From assembly GCA_963805625.1 (NCBI GenBank), contig CAWDVE010000021.1:1-64000 (forward strand): a stretch of 64,000 nt of DNA, read 5' to 3'. Below, piece after piece: positions 49,558 to 59,323 of the stretch (the stretch's first letter is position 1; the number at the start of each line of letters is the position of its first letter). Below the pieces are notes generated by a model. It had not been told where the DNA came from and searched no databases. It was given only the letters and a program-made list of their open reading frames with translations. The DNA is from an uncultured Candidatus Rokubacteria bacterium (GTDB taxonomy: Bacteria > Methylomirabilota > Methylomirabilia > Rokubacteriales > DASRDR01). The position numbers and the translations under genes were made by a program.

Positions 49558-50739
49558 GTGTCCGGTCCTCTCGAGCGCCTCCGCGTCGTCGACTGCTCGG
49601 CGATCATCGCGGGGCCCGTCGCGACGGCGTTCCTCGCGACCTACGGCGCCGACGTCGTCAAGCTGGAGCCGCTCGAGGGGGACGCGCTCCGGACGTACCC
49701 GTCGACGCTGCCCGGTCTCTCCCGCTACTTTCTCGGGATCAATCGCGGCAAGCGGAGCCTGGCCGTCGACCTGAAGCACCCGGACGGCCTCGCCATCGCG
49801 CGACGGCTCGCGCGCGCCGCGGACGTGTTCGTCGAGAGCTTCCGGCCCGGCGTCGCGGCCCGCCTCGGGCTCGACGAGCCGACGCTCCGTGCCGAGAATG
49901 CGCGGCTCATCTACTGCTCCGTGTCCGCGTTCGGCCAGACCGGACCTCTCGCCGAGCGGCCCGGCCTCGATCCGGTCGTGCAGTCATACGGCGGCCTCGC
50001 GTGGGAGCAGGGCGCGGCCGCCGAGGACGCGCCGGAGCTCGTGCGCGGGAGCCTCGTCGACTACTACACCGGGAGCCTGGCCGTCTCCGGCGTCCTGCTC
50101 GCCCTGATCGCCCGCGGCCAGACCGGCACGGGCCAGCGGATCGAGACCTCGCTCCTTGACGGCGTGCTGGCGATGCAGGCCGGTCGGACCTTCTGGGCCG
50201 AGGCCGTGGAGCCCCCGGAGGCGGTCCGGGATCTCCTCGGCGACCGCGTGTCGCGGATCTACCCGACGCGGGATGGCCACCTCTATCTGTACGTGGAGCT
50301 GCCGAAGTTCTGGACGGGGCTCTGCCGGACGCTCGGCCTCGAGACGTGGCTCGACGATCCGCGCCTTCGGACCATGGTCGGGCGCCACACGCACAAGGCG
50401 GAGCTGATCCGGGCCATCACCGAGCGCCTCGCCCCGCGCACGGCCGCGGAGTGGGAGGCGCGCTTCGCCGAGGCGGACGTGCCGTGCACGCGGGTCCGCT
50501 CCGTACCGGAGATGCTGGTGGACCCCCAGGCGCTCCAGAACGGCAGCCTGGCCACCGTCCAGCATCCGGTGCTCGGCCCGGTCCGGATGCTGGGGGTGCC
50601 GGTACGCCTGGCGGGCACGCCCGGTGCGCCCCCCGGCCCGCCCCCGGGGGTGGGCGAGCACACGGACGCGATCCTGGCGGAGGCTGGCGTGGCGGCGCCG
50701 GAGATCACGCGCCTCCGGCGGGCCGGCGTCGTACGATGA
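49558..50739 (+). CDS. CaiB/BaiF CoA-transferase family III
   Basis: IAGP, GADVVKLEP, NRGKRS, ESFRPG, GEHTDAIL. Confidence 0.92.
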   Translation: MSGPLERLRVVDCSAIIAGPVATAFLATYGADVVKLEPLEGDALRTYPSTLPGLSRYFLGINRGKRSLAVDLKHPDGLAIARRLARAADVFVESFRPGVAARLGLDEPTLRAENARLIYCSVSAFGQTGPLAERPGLDPVVQSYGGLAWEQGAAAEDAPELVRGSLVDYYTGSLAVSGVLLALIARGQTGTGQRIETSLLDGVLAMQAGRTFWAEAVEPPEAVRDLLGDRVSRIYPTRDGHLYLYVELPKFWTGLCRTLGLETWLDDPRLRTMVGRHTHKAELIRAITERLAPRTAAEWEARFAEADVPCTRVRSVPEMLVDPQALQNGSLATVQHPVLGPVRMLGVPVRLAGTPGAPPGPPPGVGEHTDAILAEAGVAAPEITRLRRAGVVR

Positions 50740-50867
50740 CGCCACCCAGCCGGCGGAGCCGGGGCGGGGGGACACCCACCCGCTCCGGGCCGCTTGCCTC
50801 AGCGGGCCCGAAAGGGCGATCCTGGGTAGAACAGGATCTCGATCACCATCCCTGACCGGAGGCCTTC

Positions 50868-51407
50868 ATGGGGACGATCCGCGTGCTCTCTCCCGTGGTC
50901 GACAGCAAGGTCAGCCAGACGGCGGCTCTGCCCTTGCCGGGCACGCTCGCCGGCAAGCGACTCGGGTTCCTCGACAACACCAAGGCGAACTTCGAGCTCC
51001 TCCTTCGCCGCATGGAGGCGCTCCTGCGGGCGCAGGCGGGGCTCACCGACGTCGTCTACGAGCGGAAGGCGAACTCGTCGACACCCGCCCCGCCCGAGGT
51101 CCTCGTACGGCTCCGCGAGGTCGACCTGGTCGTCACCGGCTCCGCCGACTGAGGGTCCTGCACGTCGTGGAGTCTCCACGACGCAGTGACCCTCCAGCGG
51201 GCCGGCACGCCCGCGGTGGTCGTGACGACGACCGCCTTCGAGACGCTCGCCCATCACGAAGCGCACACGCTCGGGATGGAGGCTCTGCCGCTCTTGGTGG
51301 TCGACCATCCGCTCGGCGGTGAGCCCGCGGAGCGGATCGAGATCCGGGCGGCGCACGCGGCGAGCCAGCTCCTGACGCGCCTCGGCGTACGGCCGCCCGC
51401 GGGGTGA
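50868..51407 (+). CDS. UGSC-family selenoprotein (in-frame UGA 51150-51152 read as Sec), 179 aa
   Basis: LDNTKAN..VVTGSAD-U-GSCTSWSLHDAVTLQRAGTPAVVV; the two ORF-track ORFs are in one frame. Confidence 0.88.
51158..51186 (+). promoter_or_regulatory. Putative bacterial SECIS element
   Basis: CGTCGTGGAG-T-CTCCACGACG palindrome starting at the 11th nt after the UGA, with GU at the apex. Confidence 0.7.
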
Positions 51408-52483
51408 TCCTGCCCCGCCCCGCGCCCGTCCTCTCCTCGGAGGTCATCGAGCTCCCCGACTCGCTCGAGGCCGTCGAGGCCCACTTCCGCGCAGCGGGCT
51501 GGACGGACGGGCTACCGATCGTGCCGCCGACCGAGGCGCGCGTCGCGACGATGCTCGCGGGGATCGACGCGGACCCGGACCACGTCGTCGGGAAGATCCC
51601 GCCGCTCTGGACGGAGGCGACGGTCGAGAAGGTCGCGATCAACGCCGTCATGGCCGGATGCGGGCCGGAGGCCATGCCGGTCCTGGTCGCGGCGCTCGAG
51701 GCGATGCTCGACCTGGCCTTCAATCTCTACGGCGTCCAGGCGACCACGCACCCCGTGGCACCGCTCCTGATCGTGCATGGACCGGCCGCGGCCCGTCTCG
51801 GCATGCACGCCGGTCCCGGGGTCTTCGGCCCGGGCAACCGCGCCAACGCGACGCTCGGCCGCGCGGTGCGCCTATGTCTCTGGAATCTCGGCGGCGCGCG
51901 GCCCGGGCAGGGTGACATGGCGACGCAGGGCAGCCCGGCCAAATACACCTACGCGATCGCCGAGCGCGTCGAGGCAAGCCCCTGGGGGCCGCTCCATGCG
52001 AGCCTCGGGTTCGACGCCGGGGAGGATGCCGTCACCGTTTTCGGTGGCGAGGGGCCCCACAACGTCAACGACCACGTGAGCCAGAAGGCGCCGAACCTCC
52101 TTACCGTGATCGCCGACACCGCCGCCACCCTCGGCTCGAACGTGGGCTGGTACTTCGCGCAGAGCCAGCTCCTCCTCGTGCTCGGCCCGGAGCACGCCGC
52201 GACGATCGCGGAAGACGGCTTCACCCGCACCGACGTGCAGCGCTACGTGTACGAGCACGCACGGCTGCCGCTCCACCGGTTGAAGCAGGGCGGGATGTGG
52301 GGGATCCACGACTGGCCACGCTGGATGGAGACGGCGGATGAGCATGCGCTCCTGCCCGTTGTCCCCGGGCCGGACGACGTCTACGTCATGGTCGCCGGTG
52401 GGTCGGGCAAGCACTCGACCGTCGTCCCGAACTGCTGCTTCTCCCGCGCCGTCAGCCGGAGGATCACCCGCTGGCCGCGGTGA
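51404..52483 (+). CDS. Conserved hypothetical partner of the UGSC protein
   Basis: GWTDGLPIVPPT, INAVMAGC, RANATLGRA, GSPAKY; start overlaps the UGSC stop. Confidence 0.75.
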   Translation: MILPRPAPVLSSEVIELPDSLEAVEAHFRAAGWTDGLPIVPPTEARVATMLAGIDADPDHVVGKIPPLWTEATVEKVAINAVMAGCGPEAMPVLVAALEAMLDLAFNLYGVQATTHPVAPLLIVHGPAAARLGMHAGPGVFGPGNRANATLGRAVRLCLWNLGGARPGQGDMATQGSPAKYTYAIAERVEASPWGPLHASLGFDAGEDAVTVFGGEGPHNVNDHVSQKAPNLLTVIADTAATLGSNVGWYFAQSQLLLVLGPEHAATIAEDGFTRTDVQRYVYEHARLPLHRLKQGGMWGIHDWPRWMETADEHALLPVVPGPDDVYVMVAGGSGKHSTVVPNCCFSRAVSRRITRWPR

Positions 52484-53331
52484 CGTCGCGTGGCGCCGCG
52501 CCGGCCGCGGGGCGGGCGCCGGCCGCGCGCCGGCGCGCGGCGCCCGCTCGCCGGAGGCACCCGGGCTCCCTGGCGAGCCGGCTCGCGCGGGCCGCGATCC
52601 GGGCGCCGCTCGCTCTTCGCCTCGCGCTGCTGGGCGCCATGGTTCTGATCGTCCTGGCCGCGCTGAACGTCGCCTACCAGGTCGCCCGCAAGCCGACGGA
52701 GCTTCTGGGGCTCGCGTTCGCGCCGGCCCCTCTCACCCCGAGCGAGACGTGGACGCGCTACGGCGCCCTGTTCCGGGACCATGCCACCAACCTCGTCCGC
52801 GCGGAGCTCCTGGCCGCGCTGGCCCACGCCGAAAGCCAGGGGGATCCGCTCGCGCGCGCGGCGTGGCGCTGGCGCTGGACGTGGAATCCATTCGCCCTTT
52901 ACGCGCCCGCCTCGAGCGCGGTGGGGCTCTACCAGATCACCGACGCGGCGTTCGCGGAGGGACGGCTGCTCTGCATCCACAATCACCACGTTGCCCACGC
53001 CGGATCGTGGTACGACCTGCACGCCTGCTGGTTTCCCGCCCTCTACATGCGCACCGTGCCCAGCCACGCGATCGAGATGACGGCAGCCCGGCTCCACGAG
53101 CATCTCGTCCAGGCCCTTGGGCCCGAGCGGGCAGGCCGGACCCCGATGAGGTCGCGGGAGCGCCTGGCCGCGGTGATCCACCTTTGCGGCCCATCCCGGG
53201 GGGCGGACTTCGTCCGGCGCGGCTTCCGCGGGGCCGCCGGGGAACGGTGCGGCACGCACGATCTCGCGGCATATCTGGCGCGGGTCGATCGATTCACGCT
53301 CTCGTTCGAGCGGCTGGCCCGCGCCGCGTAG
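52480..53331 (+). CDS. SLT-like lytic transglycosylase
   Basis: TM anchor; AALAHAESQG, SAVGLYQIT. Confidence 0.75.
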   Translation: MTSRGAAPAAGRAPAARRRAAPARRRHPGSLASRLARAAIRAPLALRLALLGAMVLIVLAALNVAYQVARKPTELLGLAFAPAPLTPSETWTRYGALFRDHATNLVRAELLAALAHAESQGDPLARAAWRWRWTWNPFALYAPASSAVGLYQITDAAFAEGRLLCIHNHHVAHAGSWYDLHACWFPALYMRTVPSHAIEMTAARLHEHLVQALGPERAGRTPMRSRERLAAVIHLCGPSRGADFVRRGFRGAAGERCGTHDLAAYLARVDRFTLSFERLARAA

Positions 53332-53411
53332 GCGGGGTCGCGCCGGCGGGCCGGGCGCTCTCCAGCGGGCCTGCCTTGCGGCCGCGCCTGACGCGTGATA
53401 GGGAGTCAAGC

Positions 53412-53717
53412 ATGGGGGATCAGCCGTCCACCACGTTCGACGTGACCTGCCCGTGCTGCAAGGCGATCCTGACGGTCGACGCCCAGGTTCATGCGGTGCT
53501 GGCGCACCGGGAGCCGCCGCGGAGCGGGCCGCTGTCGAGCCTCGACAAGGCCATGGACCACCTCCGGGGGGCCGGCGCCCGTCGCGAGGCGGCCTTCCGC
53601 CAGGCGACCGAGGCCGAGCGGACGAAGGGCGACGTCCTGTCGCGGAAGTTCGGCGAAGGGCTCAAGCGGGCGAAGGACGATCCGGACCCGCCGATCCGCC
53701 CCATCGACTTGGACTAG
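53412..53717 (+). CDS. Small hypothetical protein with CPCC motif
   Basis: GGGAG RBS; VTCPCCKAILTVD..PIRPIDLD. Confidence 0.7.
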   Translation: MGDQPSTTFDVTCPCCKAILTVDAQVHAVLAHREPPRSGPLSSLDKAMDHLRGAGARREAAFRQATEAERTKGDVLSRKFGEGLKRAKDDPDPPIRPIDLD

Positions 53718-53739
53718 AGACCCCACGGACCCTGACGCC

Positions 53740-54789
53740 GTGACGCGGGCCCGGGCGTCCGGCGAGGTGGCGGTACCCGAGCTCCTGCGCGACATTCTCC
53801 CCGGCGTCAGCCGCTCCTTCGCGCTCTCGCTTCGCGTCCTCCCCAGGTCCCTCCGTCGTCCCTTCGGGGTGACATATCTCGTCGCGCGCGCGGCGGACAC
53901 GATCGCCGATACGCGGGCGTTGCCGCCGTCCAGCCGGCTCGCAGCACTCCACGCTCTTCGTGAATCCCTCGGCGCGGGCGCCGGCACTGCGCCAACCCTG
54001 GGAGGATCGACGTCGGGAGGCCACACCCCCGCCGAGCGGACCCTCCTCGCTCGGCTTCCTGAGGTTCTGGCCGCGTACCGCGCGCTCGAGCCGGGCGACC
54101 GGGAGCGCGCGCTCGCGGTGCTATTGACGCTGACCCAGGCGATGCTCGAGGCCCTCGAGCGCTTTCCGCCCGAGATGGCGGATCGGGTCGGCGCCTTCGA
54201 CACGCGAGCCGACCTGGACCGCTACACGCACCTGAATGCGGGCTGCGTCGGCGAGTTCTGGACCGAGATGGTGGTGGCACACCGTCCGCAATGCGCGGCA
54301 TGGGATCTGTCGGCCATGCGGCTGCGCGGCGCACGCTTCGGCCAGGGGCTCCAGCTCGTCAACGTGCTCCGCGACCTGCCGCGCGATCTCAGAATCGGAC
54401 GCTGCTATCTCCCGGCCTCGGAGCTCGCGGCGCTCGGTCTCGTGCCCCAGGATCTGCTCAACGCCGCGTCACTGCCGCGCGTCCGCCCGCTCCTCGATGC
54501 ACTGATCGACGAGGCGCTCCTCCGCCTCGACGAGGGCCGCGCGTATACGCTGGCCGTGCCCCGGCGCGAGCCACGCCTTCGTCTCGCCTCCCTGTGGCCG
54601 CTCTTGATCGGGCTCGGCACGCTCGCCCGACTCCGGCGGGCCGAGAACCTGCTCGACCCCGCCGTCACGGTCAAGCTGTCCCGCGGCGAGGTACGGTGGC
54701 TCCTCGTCCGCTCGCTCGCCCTCGTGTGGTCCGATCGAGGGCTCAGCGCCTGGGCCCGGCGCCTCGCCGCCGCCGCGACGGCCCGCTGA
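53740..54789 (+). CDS. Squalene/phytoene synthase family protein
   Basis: VSRSFAL, YLVARAADTIAD, YTHLNAGCVG, GLQLVNVLRD, GRCYLP. Confidence 0.88.
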   Translation: MTRARASGEVAVPELLRDILPGVSRSFALSLRVLPRSLRRPFGVTYLVARAADTIADTRALPPSSRLAALHALRESLGAGAGTAPTLGGSTSGGHTPAERTLLARLPEVLAAYRALEPGDRERALAVLLTLTQAMLEALERFPPEMADRVGAFDTRADLDRYTHLNAGCVGEFWTEMVVAHRPQCAAWDLSAMRLRGARFGQGLQLVNVLRDLPRDLRIGRCYLPASELAALGLVPQDLLNAASLPRVRPLLDALIDEALLRLDEGRAYTLAVPRREPRLRLASLWPLLIGLGTLARLRRAENLLDPAVTVKLSRGEVRWLLVRSLALVWSDRGLSAWARRLAAAATAR

Positions 54790-54822
54790 AGCGCGCGGCC
54801 GGCGGCGCTGGATCGTTCAAGC

Positions 54823-55728
54823 CTAGGGCGAGCGCTCCTCCGGTGGGACCAGGCGCAGGAGCGCCTCGGGGTCGACGCGGGCGCCGTTGAGCTGCGCGGC
54901 GAAGTGAAGGTGCGGGCCCGTCACGCGGCCGGTCGCCCCCACGGTGCCGATGACCTGGCCGGCGGCCACCGGCTCGCCCACCAGGACACGTGTCTCGGTG
55001 AGGTGGTAGTAAAAGGTGAATAAGCCGAGGCCGTGGTCCAGCACCACATTACGCCCCGCGAAGAAGTGCTCGGTGACGAGCACCGCACGGCCGGCGTTCG
55101 CGGCGAGGACAGGCGTCCCCGCCGGCGCGGCCCAGTCGTAGCCGGTGTGAGCGCTTCGCGGCTGACCGTTGATGAGCCGCCGGAGCCCGAACCCGCCCGT
55201 CGGCTGGCCGCCCTCGACCGGAGTCCGGAACGGGCCGCGCCAGAGACGCTCCGACGTGCCGGCGGCAAGGGCGGACTTCAGCTCCCCTCGCTCGGTCTCG
55301 ACCCGGGCGAGCGCCGGCGCGTCGAGGTCGACCATGCCCTTCGGCAGCGTGAGCTGCTGCGTCGGGAACGTGCGGTCCCGCACGGTCACCATCCCCGCCG
55401 CGAGCCCGCCGCCGCTCTTCGCCACGCTCGGCCGGATGACACGCCAGCCGATCGGGCCTGGGCGGACGTCGAGGTCGATTCCGATCAACGCAGCGACACC
55501 CTGCCCCGTCGGGAACAGCGCGAGCGGGCGGCCATCCCATTCCCCGCGGACATCCGGGGGTGCCCCGGTCACCTGCAGGAGAACCACGTCGCCAGGCTGC
55601 GGACTCGGCGGCGTGACCGACACTCGCACGCTGCCGGGCGCTCCACCTGCGACGGTCGCCGGCGACGACACGATGCCCAGGAGCGCGCCGCCGATCAGGC
55701 CACCGATCAGGAAGGTCCGGCGCCTCAC
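54823..55728 (-). CDS. M23 family metallopeptidase
   Basis: HTGYD, DHGLG, GATGRVTGPHLH. Confidence 0.9.
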   Translation of the reverse strand: MRRRTFLIGGLIGGALLGIVSSPATVAGGAPGSVRVSVTPPSPQPGDVVLLQVTGAPPDVRGEWDGRPLALFPTGQGVAALIGIDLDVRPGPIGWRVIRPSVAKSGGGLAAGMVTVRDRTFPTQQLTLPKGMVDLDAPALARVETERGELKSALAAGTSERLWRGPFRTPVEGGQPTGGFGLRRLINGQPRSAHTGYDWAAPAGTPVLAANAGRAVLVTEHFFAGRNVVLDHGLGLFTFYYHLTETRVLVGEPVAAGQVIGTVGATGRVTGPHLHFAAQLNGARVDPEALLRLVPPEERSP

Positions 55729-56609
55729 TCCTGCGTCGGCCCGGGCGGCTGCTGGCGGAGAAAGCGCTCGATCTCGGCCACCAGGTCCTTCCCGTCCGGC
55801 AGATCCCCCGCCGGAGGCGGCTCGGCCTCCTCGGCCTCCTGATCCTTCGTCTCCAGGCGGCGCACGTAGCCCGCCACCTTCCGGTTCTGCTGGAGAACCT
55901 CGGTCAGCTGGGTGTCGAACTGGGTCGCGGCCTCCTCCAGCTCCCGGTAGTCGAGCGGCCCGTCGAAGAGCCGGTTCACGCGCTGGACCAGGGCGAGGGT
56001 GGCCCGCGGGTTCTCCATGGCCGAGATGTAATGCGGCACGTTGGCCCAGAGGCTCGCCGTCGCGAGTCCCGTCGCGCGGGCCGTCGAGGAGAGCACGCCG
56101 ACGATGCCGGTCGGGCCCTCGTACCGAGTCGGGCGGACGCCGAGGACCGCGCCCAGCTCCGGGTCGGTCGCGAAGCCCGTCAGCCGGACGGGCCGGGTGT
56201 GCGGCACCTCCGCCAGGAGCGCGCCGAGGGTGACCACCAGTCCCACCTCGAGCTCCTTCGCGAAGTCGAGCACCGCCCGGCAGTACGTCTTCCATCGGAG
56301 GTGCGGCTCGATCCCCACCGCGACGACGACGTCGCGGCTCCCGCGCGTGCAGAGGCTGAACTCCAGCTCCGGCCAGACGATCTCGCGGTCGAGCGTCCCC
56401 GGCACGAGGCGCACGAGCGGCCGCTGGAGCCCGAAGTGGTAGAACTCCTCCGGGTCGAGGCTCGCGATCCGCTGGCCGTCCCACGCGCTCCGGAGGAAGC
56501 GCGCCGCGTTGGTCGCCGATTCGGCGGCGTCGTTCCAGCCCGCGAAGGCCAGAAGGAGGACGGGCCGCCGGAGCCGGCCTGGATGCTCGTGGATCGTCAC
56601 CTGGGTCAT
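55725..56609 (-). CDS. PAC2 family (proteasome assembly chaperone-like) protein
   Basis: AFAGWNDAA, GIEPHLRW, VPHTRP, YEGPTGI, WANVPHY, EIERFLR. Confidence 0.88.
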   Translation of the reverse strand: MTQVTIHEHPGRLRRPVLLLAFAGWNDAAESATNAARFLRSAWDGQRIASLDPEEFYHFGLQRPLVRLVPGTLDREIVWPELEFSLCTRGSRDVVVAVGIEPHLRWKTYCRAVLDFAKELEVGLVVTLGALLAEVPHTRPVRLTGFATDPELGAVLGVRPTRYEGPTGIVGVLSSTARATGLATASLWANVPHYISAMENPRATLALVQRVNRLFDGPLDYRELEEAATQFDTQLTEVLQQNRKVAGYVRRLETKDQEAEEAEPPPAGDLPDGKDLVAEIERFLRQQPPGPTQE

Positions 56610-56847
56610 GGTCGTCGCTCTTAGGCCGGATTGTAGGGTGCCGGGCCCCACGCCACAACCGGTTTGTGGCGAGTGGCGTGCGCACCCGCTCACGCTCGGC
56701 TTGCCGTCCTGGCAGCGGCCCCCCCGCTGCGCAGCCCCTCGCGCAGAGCCGGCACAGCCGGCCCGCTCCGGCGCGGCCCCGCGGGGGCTTGACGCTTGCC
56801 CCGGGCGAGCGCCATCGTGGAGCCCAATCTCGAGAGGGAGGGATGCC

Positions 56848-58155
56848 ATGCGACGGACGACGATCGAGATCCTGGCCGCGGTGCTGGTCCTCACCCTGGG
56901 GGCTCTCGGACCCGCCCAGGCTGCCCAGCTTCAGTGGTGGAGCCACTGGGCCGTCGAGGATTCCAAGAAGGCCGTGCTCTTCGAGGTCAAGCGGCGCTTC
57001 GAGGCGAAGCACCCCGGGCACACGGTCGAGATCACCTTCTACGAGAAGAAGAACATGTGGCCCGCCCTCCGGGCGGCCTTCACGGCGGGCTCCGGCTTCC
57101 CGGACGTCTTCTACTACGACAACGACGTCCCCGAGTTCATGGCCGCCGGGTGGCTCGCCGATCTCTCGCAGGGGATTCGCTGGGAGAACATCGAGCCCTA
57201 CGGTAAGGCCTTCTGGACCCGTCCCGGCCCCCCGGGCAAGGTCGGGACGTGGGCCATCCCCGTCGAGGCGGCGTCCGACGAGATCTACTTCAACAAGAAG
57301 CTCTTCCGCGACCTCGGCATCGCGGTGCCGGCCAACTTCGCGTTCACCCAGGAGCAGTTCAAGGACGCCGTCGCCAAGTGCACGAAGGCTGGCTATGCAG
57401 CGTTCGCTACCGGCGCCGCCGACCGGGAGTGGGCGGCCCTCTACCTCCCGGACATGCTGCTCCTGTCGAAGCTCGGCTACACGGACGTGCAGAAGCTCTA
57501 CCAGGGCGAGCTCAGCTGGAAGGATCCGCGCGTCGTCGAGGTGTTCCGCTACTACAAGGAGCTCGTCGACCTCGGCGCGTACGCGAAGACGCTCACCAGT
57601 ATGACGCTCGCCGAGGCCCACCGCTACTTCCACACGGACCAGAAGGCGTGCATGTTCCCGGTGGGGTCGTGGTACACCGGCCGCGCCTTCGTCCCGCCGG
57701 AGAAGGGCGGACAGCCCCAGGGCTTCGAGCTCGGGCTCCTCAACTACCCCCTCATGAAGGACGGCAAGGGGCACGGGGAGAAGATGCTCGGGGTGGCCGG
57801 CTCCCTCGCGGTCGCGGCGAAGAGCCCCAACCTTCCCCTGGCGATCGAGGTCGCCAACGCCTTCGCGGACGTCGAGGTCGGGAACATGTGGATGGCCAAG
57901 ACGGGCATCCAGACGGGGATCAGGACCGAGCCCGGGCGGATCGACAGCCCCATCAAGTGGTACTTCGACGAGTTCGCCAAGGTGAACCGGACGACCAGGT
58001 GGGTCGACCTCACCGCCCAGCAGGTGAAGGTCATCATGAAGCCGGGCGTGTGGGAGGTCTACGTGGCGACGGTGAACCAGGGACTGCCCAACCGGCTCCT
58101 CGGACCGGACGAGGCGCTCGCCAAGCTCGAGGACGCGCGGCTCAAGGGGAAGTGA
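56848..58155 (+). CDS. Carbohydrate ABC substrate-binding protein
   Basis: Signal peptide; PDVF, IYFNKKLF; followed by CUT1 permeases. Confidence 0.88.
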   Translation: MRRTTIEILAAVLVLTLGALGPAQAAQLQWWSHWAVEDSKKAVLFEVKRRFEAKHPGHTVEITFYEKKNMWPALRAAFTAGSGFPDVFYYDNDVPEFMAAGWLADLSQGIRWENIEPYGKAFWTRPGPPGKVGTWAIPVEAASDEIYFNKKLFRDLGIAVPANFAFTQEQFKDAVAKCTKAGYAAFATGAADREWAALYLPDMLLLSKLGYTDVQKLYQGELSWKDPRVVEVFRYYKELVDLGAYAKTLTSMTLAEAHRYFHTDQKACMFPVGSWYTGRAFVPPEKGGQPQGFELGLLNYPLMKDGKGHGEKMLGVAGSLAVAAKSPNLPLAIEVANAFADVEVGNMWMAKTGIQTGIRTEPGRIDSPIKWYFDEFAKVNRTTRWVDLTAQQVKVIMKPGVWEVYVATVNQGLPNRLLGPDEALAKLEDARLKGK

Positions 58156-58250
58156 GGAACCCGCGGGTGCGCCGGGGCGAAACCCCGCCGGGGCGCGCCT
58201 CCTCTCCGTGAGCCCTCGAGCCGATACGGGCCGTCACCCTTCGCCGCCGG

Positions 58251-58284
58251 GCCGCCACAGGCCGCCACAGGCCGCCACAGGCCG
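58251..58284. repeat. Tandem repeat (GCCGCCACAG)x3.4
   Basis: Three exact 10-mers plus GCCG in the intergenic region. Confidence 0.9.
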
Positions 58285-58334
58285 AAGGCTGTACGACCCA
58301 GGCGGGTACGACCGAGACCGTCCGATCCGACGCA

Positions 58335-59321
58335 GTGGAGAGCCAGGGGCGCGCCGTGGGTGCTGATTCCACCGGCCGCGTGGACGCGCTCCCCGGAGTC
58401 GTCCCGCGCGTCGCCGTCCGGCGCGCGGGACCCCGGCGTCCGTGGGGCGCCATCGCCGTCTTCCTGGGCCCGACGCTGCTCCTCTACTTCGCGTTCACCA
58501 TCTATCCGGTCCTCGTGACGTTCTACAACAGCGTCCACAGCCTCCGCATGGACCTCGGGATGCTGTACGAGTTCGTCGGGCTCGACCACTTCCGCGAGAT
58601 CCTCACCAGCGACGAGGTCTTCTGGAAGGCGGCGGCGAACTCGCTGACCTGGGGACTGGTGGCGCCCATCGTCGACATTCCGCTGGCGCTCGGGCTCGCG
58701 CTGGTCCTCCACGCGCGAGTGCCCTTCGCGAAGGTCTTCCGCACCGTCTGGTTCACGCCCGTCCTCATGTCCTACCCGGTCGTCGGCGTGATCTGGCTAT
58801 GGGTCTACAACTACGACTGGGGCATGGCGAACCTCGCCCTCCGCGCCGTCGGCCTCGGCAACTACGCTCAGGCGTGGCTCGCAAGCCCCACGACCGCGCT
58901 CCCCGCCTTGATCCTGGTCACGACGTGGATGTTCGCGGGCTTCAACATGGTGGTCCTGCTGGCGGCGATTCACGCGATCCCTGCCGACTACCTCGACGCC
59001 GCCCGCGTCGACGGTGCGGGCGTCGCCCGCCGCGTCATCCACGTCCTGGTCCCGCTCCTCCGCCCGACCCTGGTCAACCTCGCGATCCTCGATTTCATCG
59101 GAAAGATGAAGCAGTTCGCCCTGGTCTGGGTCATGACGCGGGGCGGGCCGATGTGGGGCACGGAGACGGTCGCCACCTACGTCGTCAAGCGGGCGTTCGA
59201 GTGGAAGACCCTCGACCTCGGCTATCCGTCCGCGGTGGCCGTGCTCTGGTTCGTGATCATCTTCGGGCTCTCGTACGTTTTCACGCGCCTGCTCCAGCGG
59301 CGCGAGGCGCTGGAGTTCTGA
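58335..59321 (+). CDS. Carbohydrate ABC permease
   Basis: DAARVDGA EAA loop, MTRGGP. Confidence 0.92.
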   Translation: MESQGRAVGADSTGRVDALPGVVPRVAVRRAGPRRPWGAIAVFLGPTLLLYFAFTIYPVLVTFYNSVHSLRMDLGMLYEFVGLDHFREILTSDEVFWKAAANSLTWGLVAPIVDIPLALGLALVLHARVPFAKVFRTVWFTPVLMSYPVVGVIWLWVYNYDWGMANLALRAVGLGNYAQAWLASPTTALPALILVTTWMFAGFNMVVLLAAIHAIPADYLDAARVDGAGVARRVIHVLVPLLRPTLVNLAILDFIGKMKQFALVWVMTRGGPMWGTETVATYVVKRAFEWKTLDLGYPSAVAVLWFVIIFGLSYVFTRLLQRREALEF

Positions 59322-59323
59322 GC

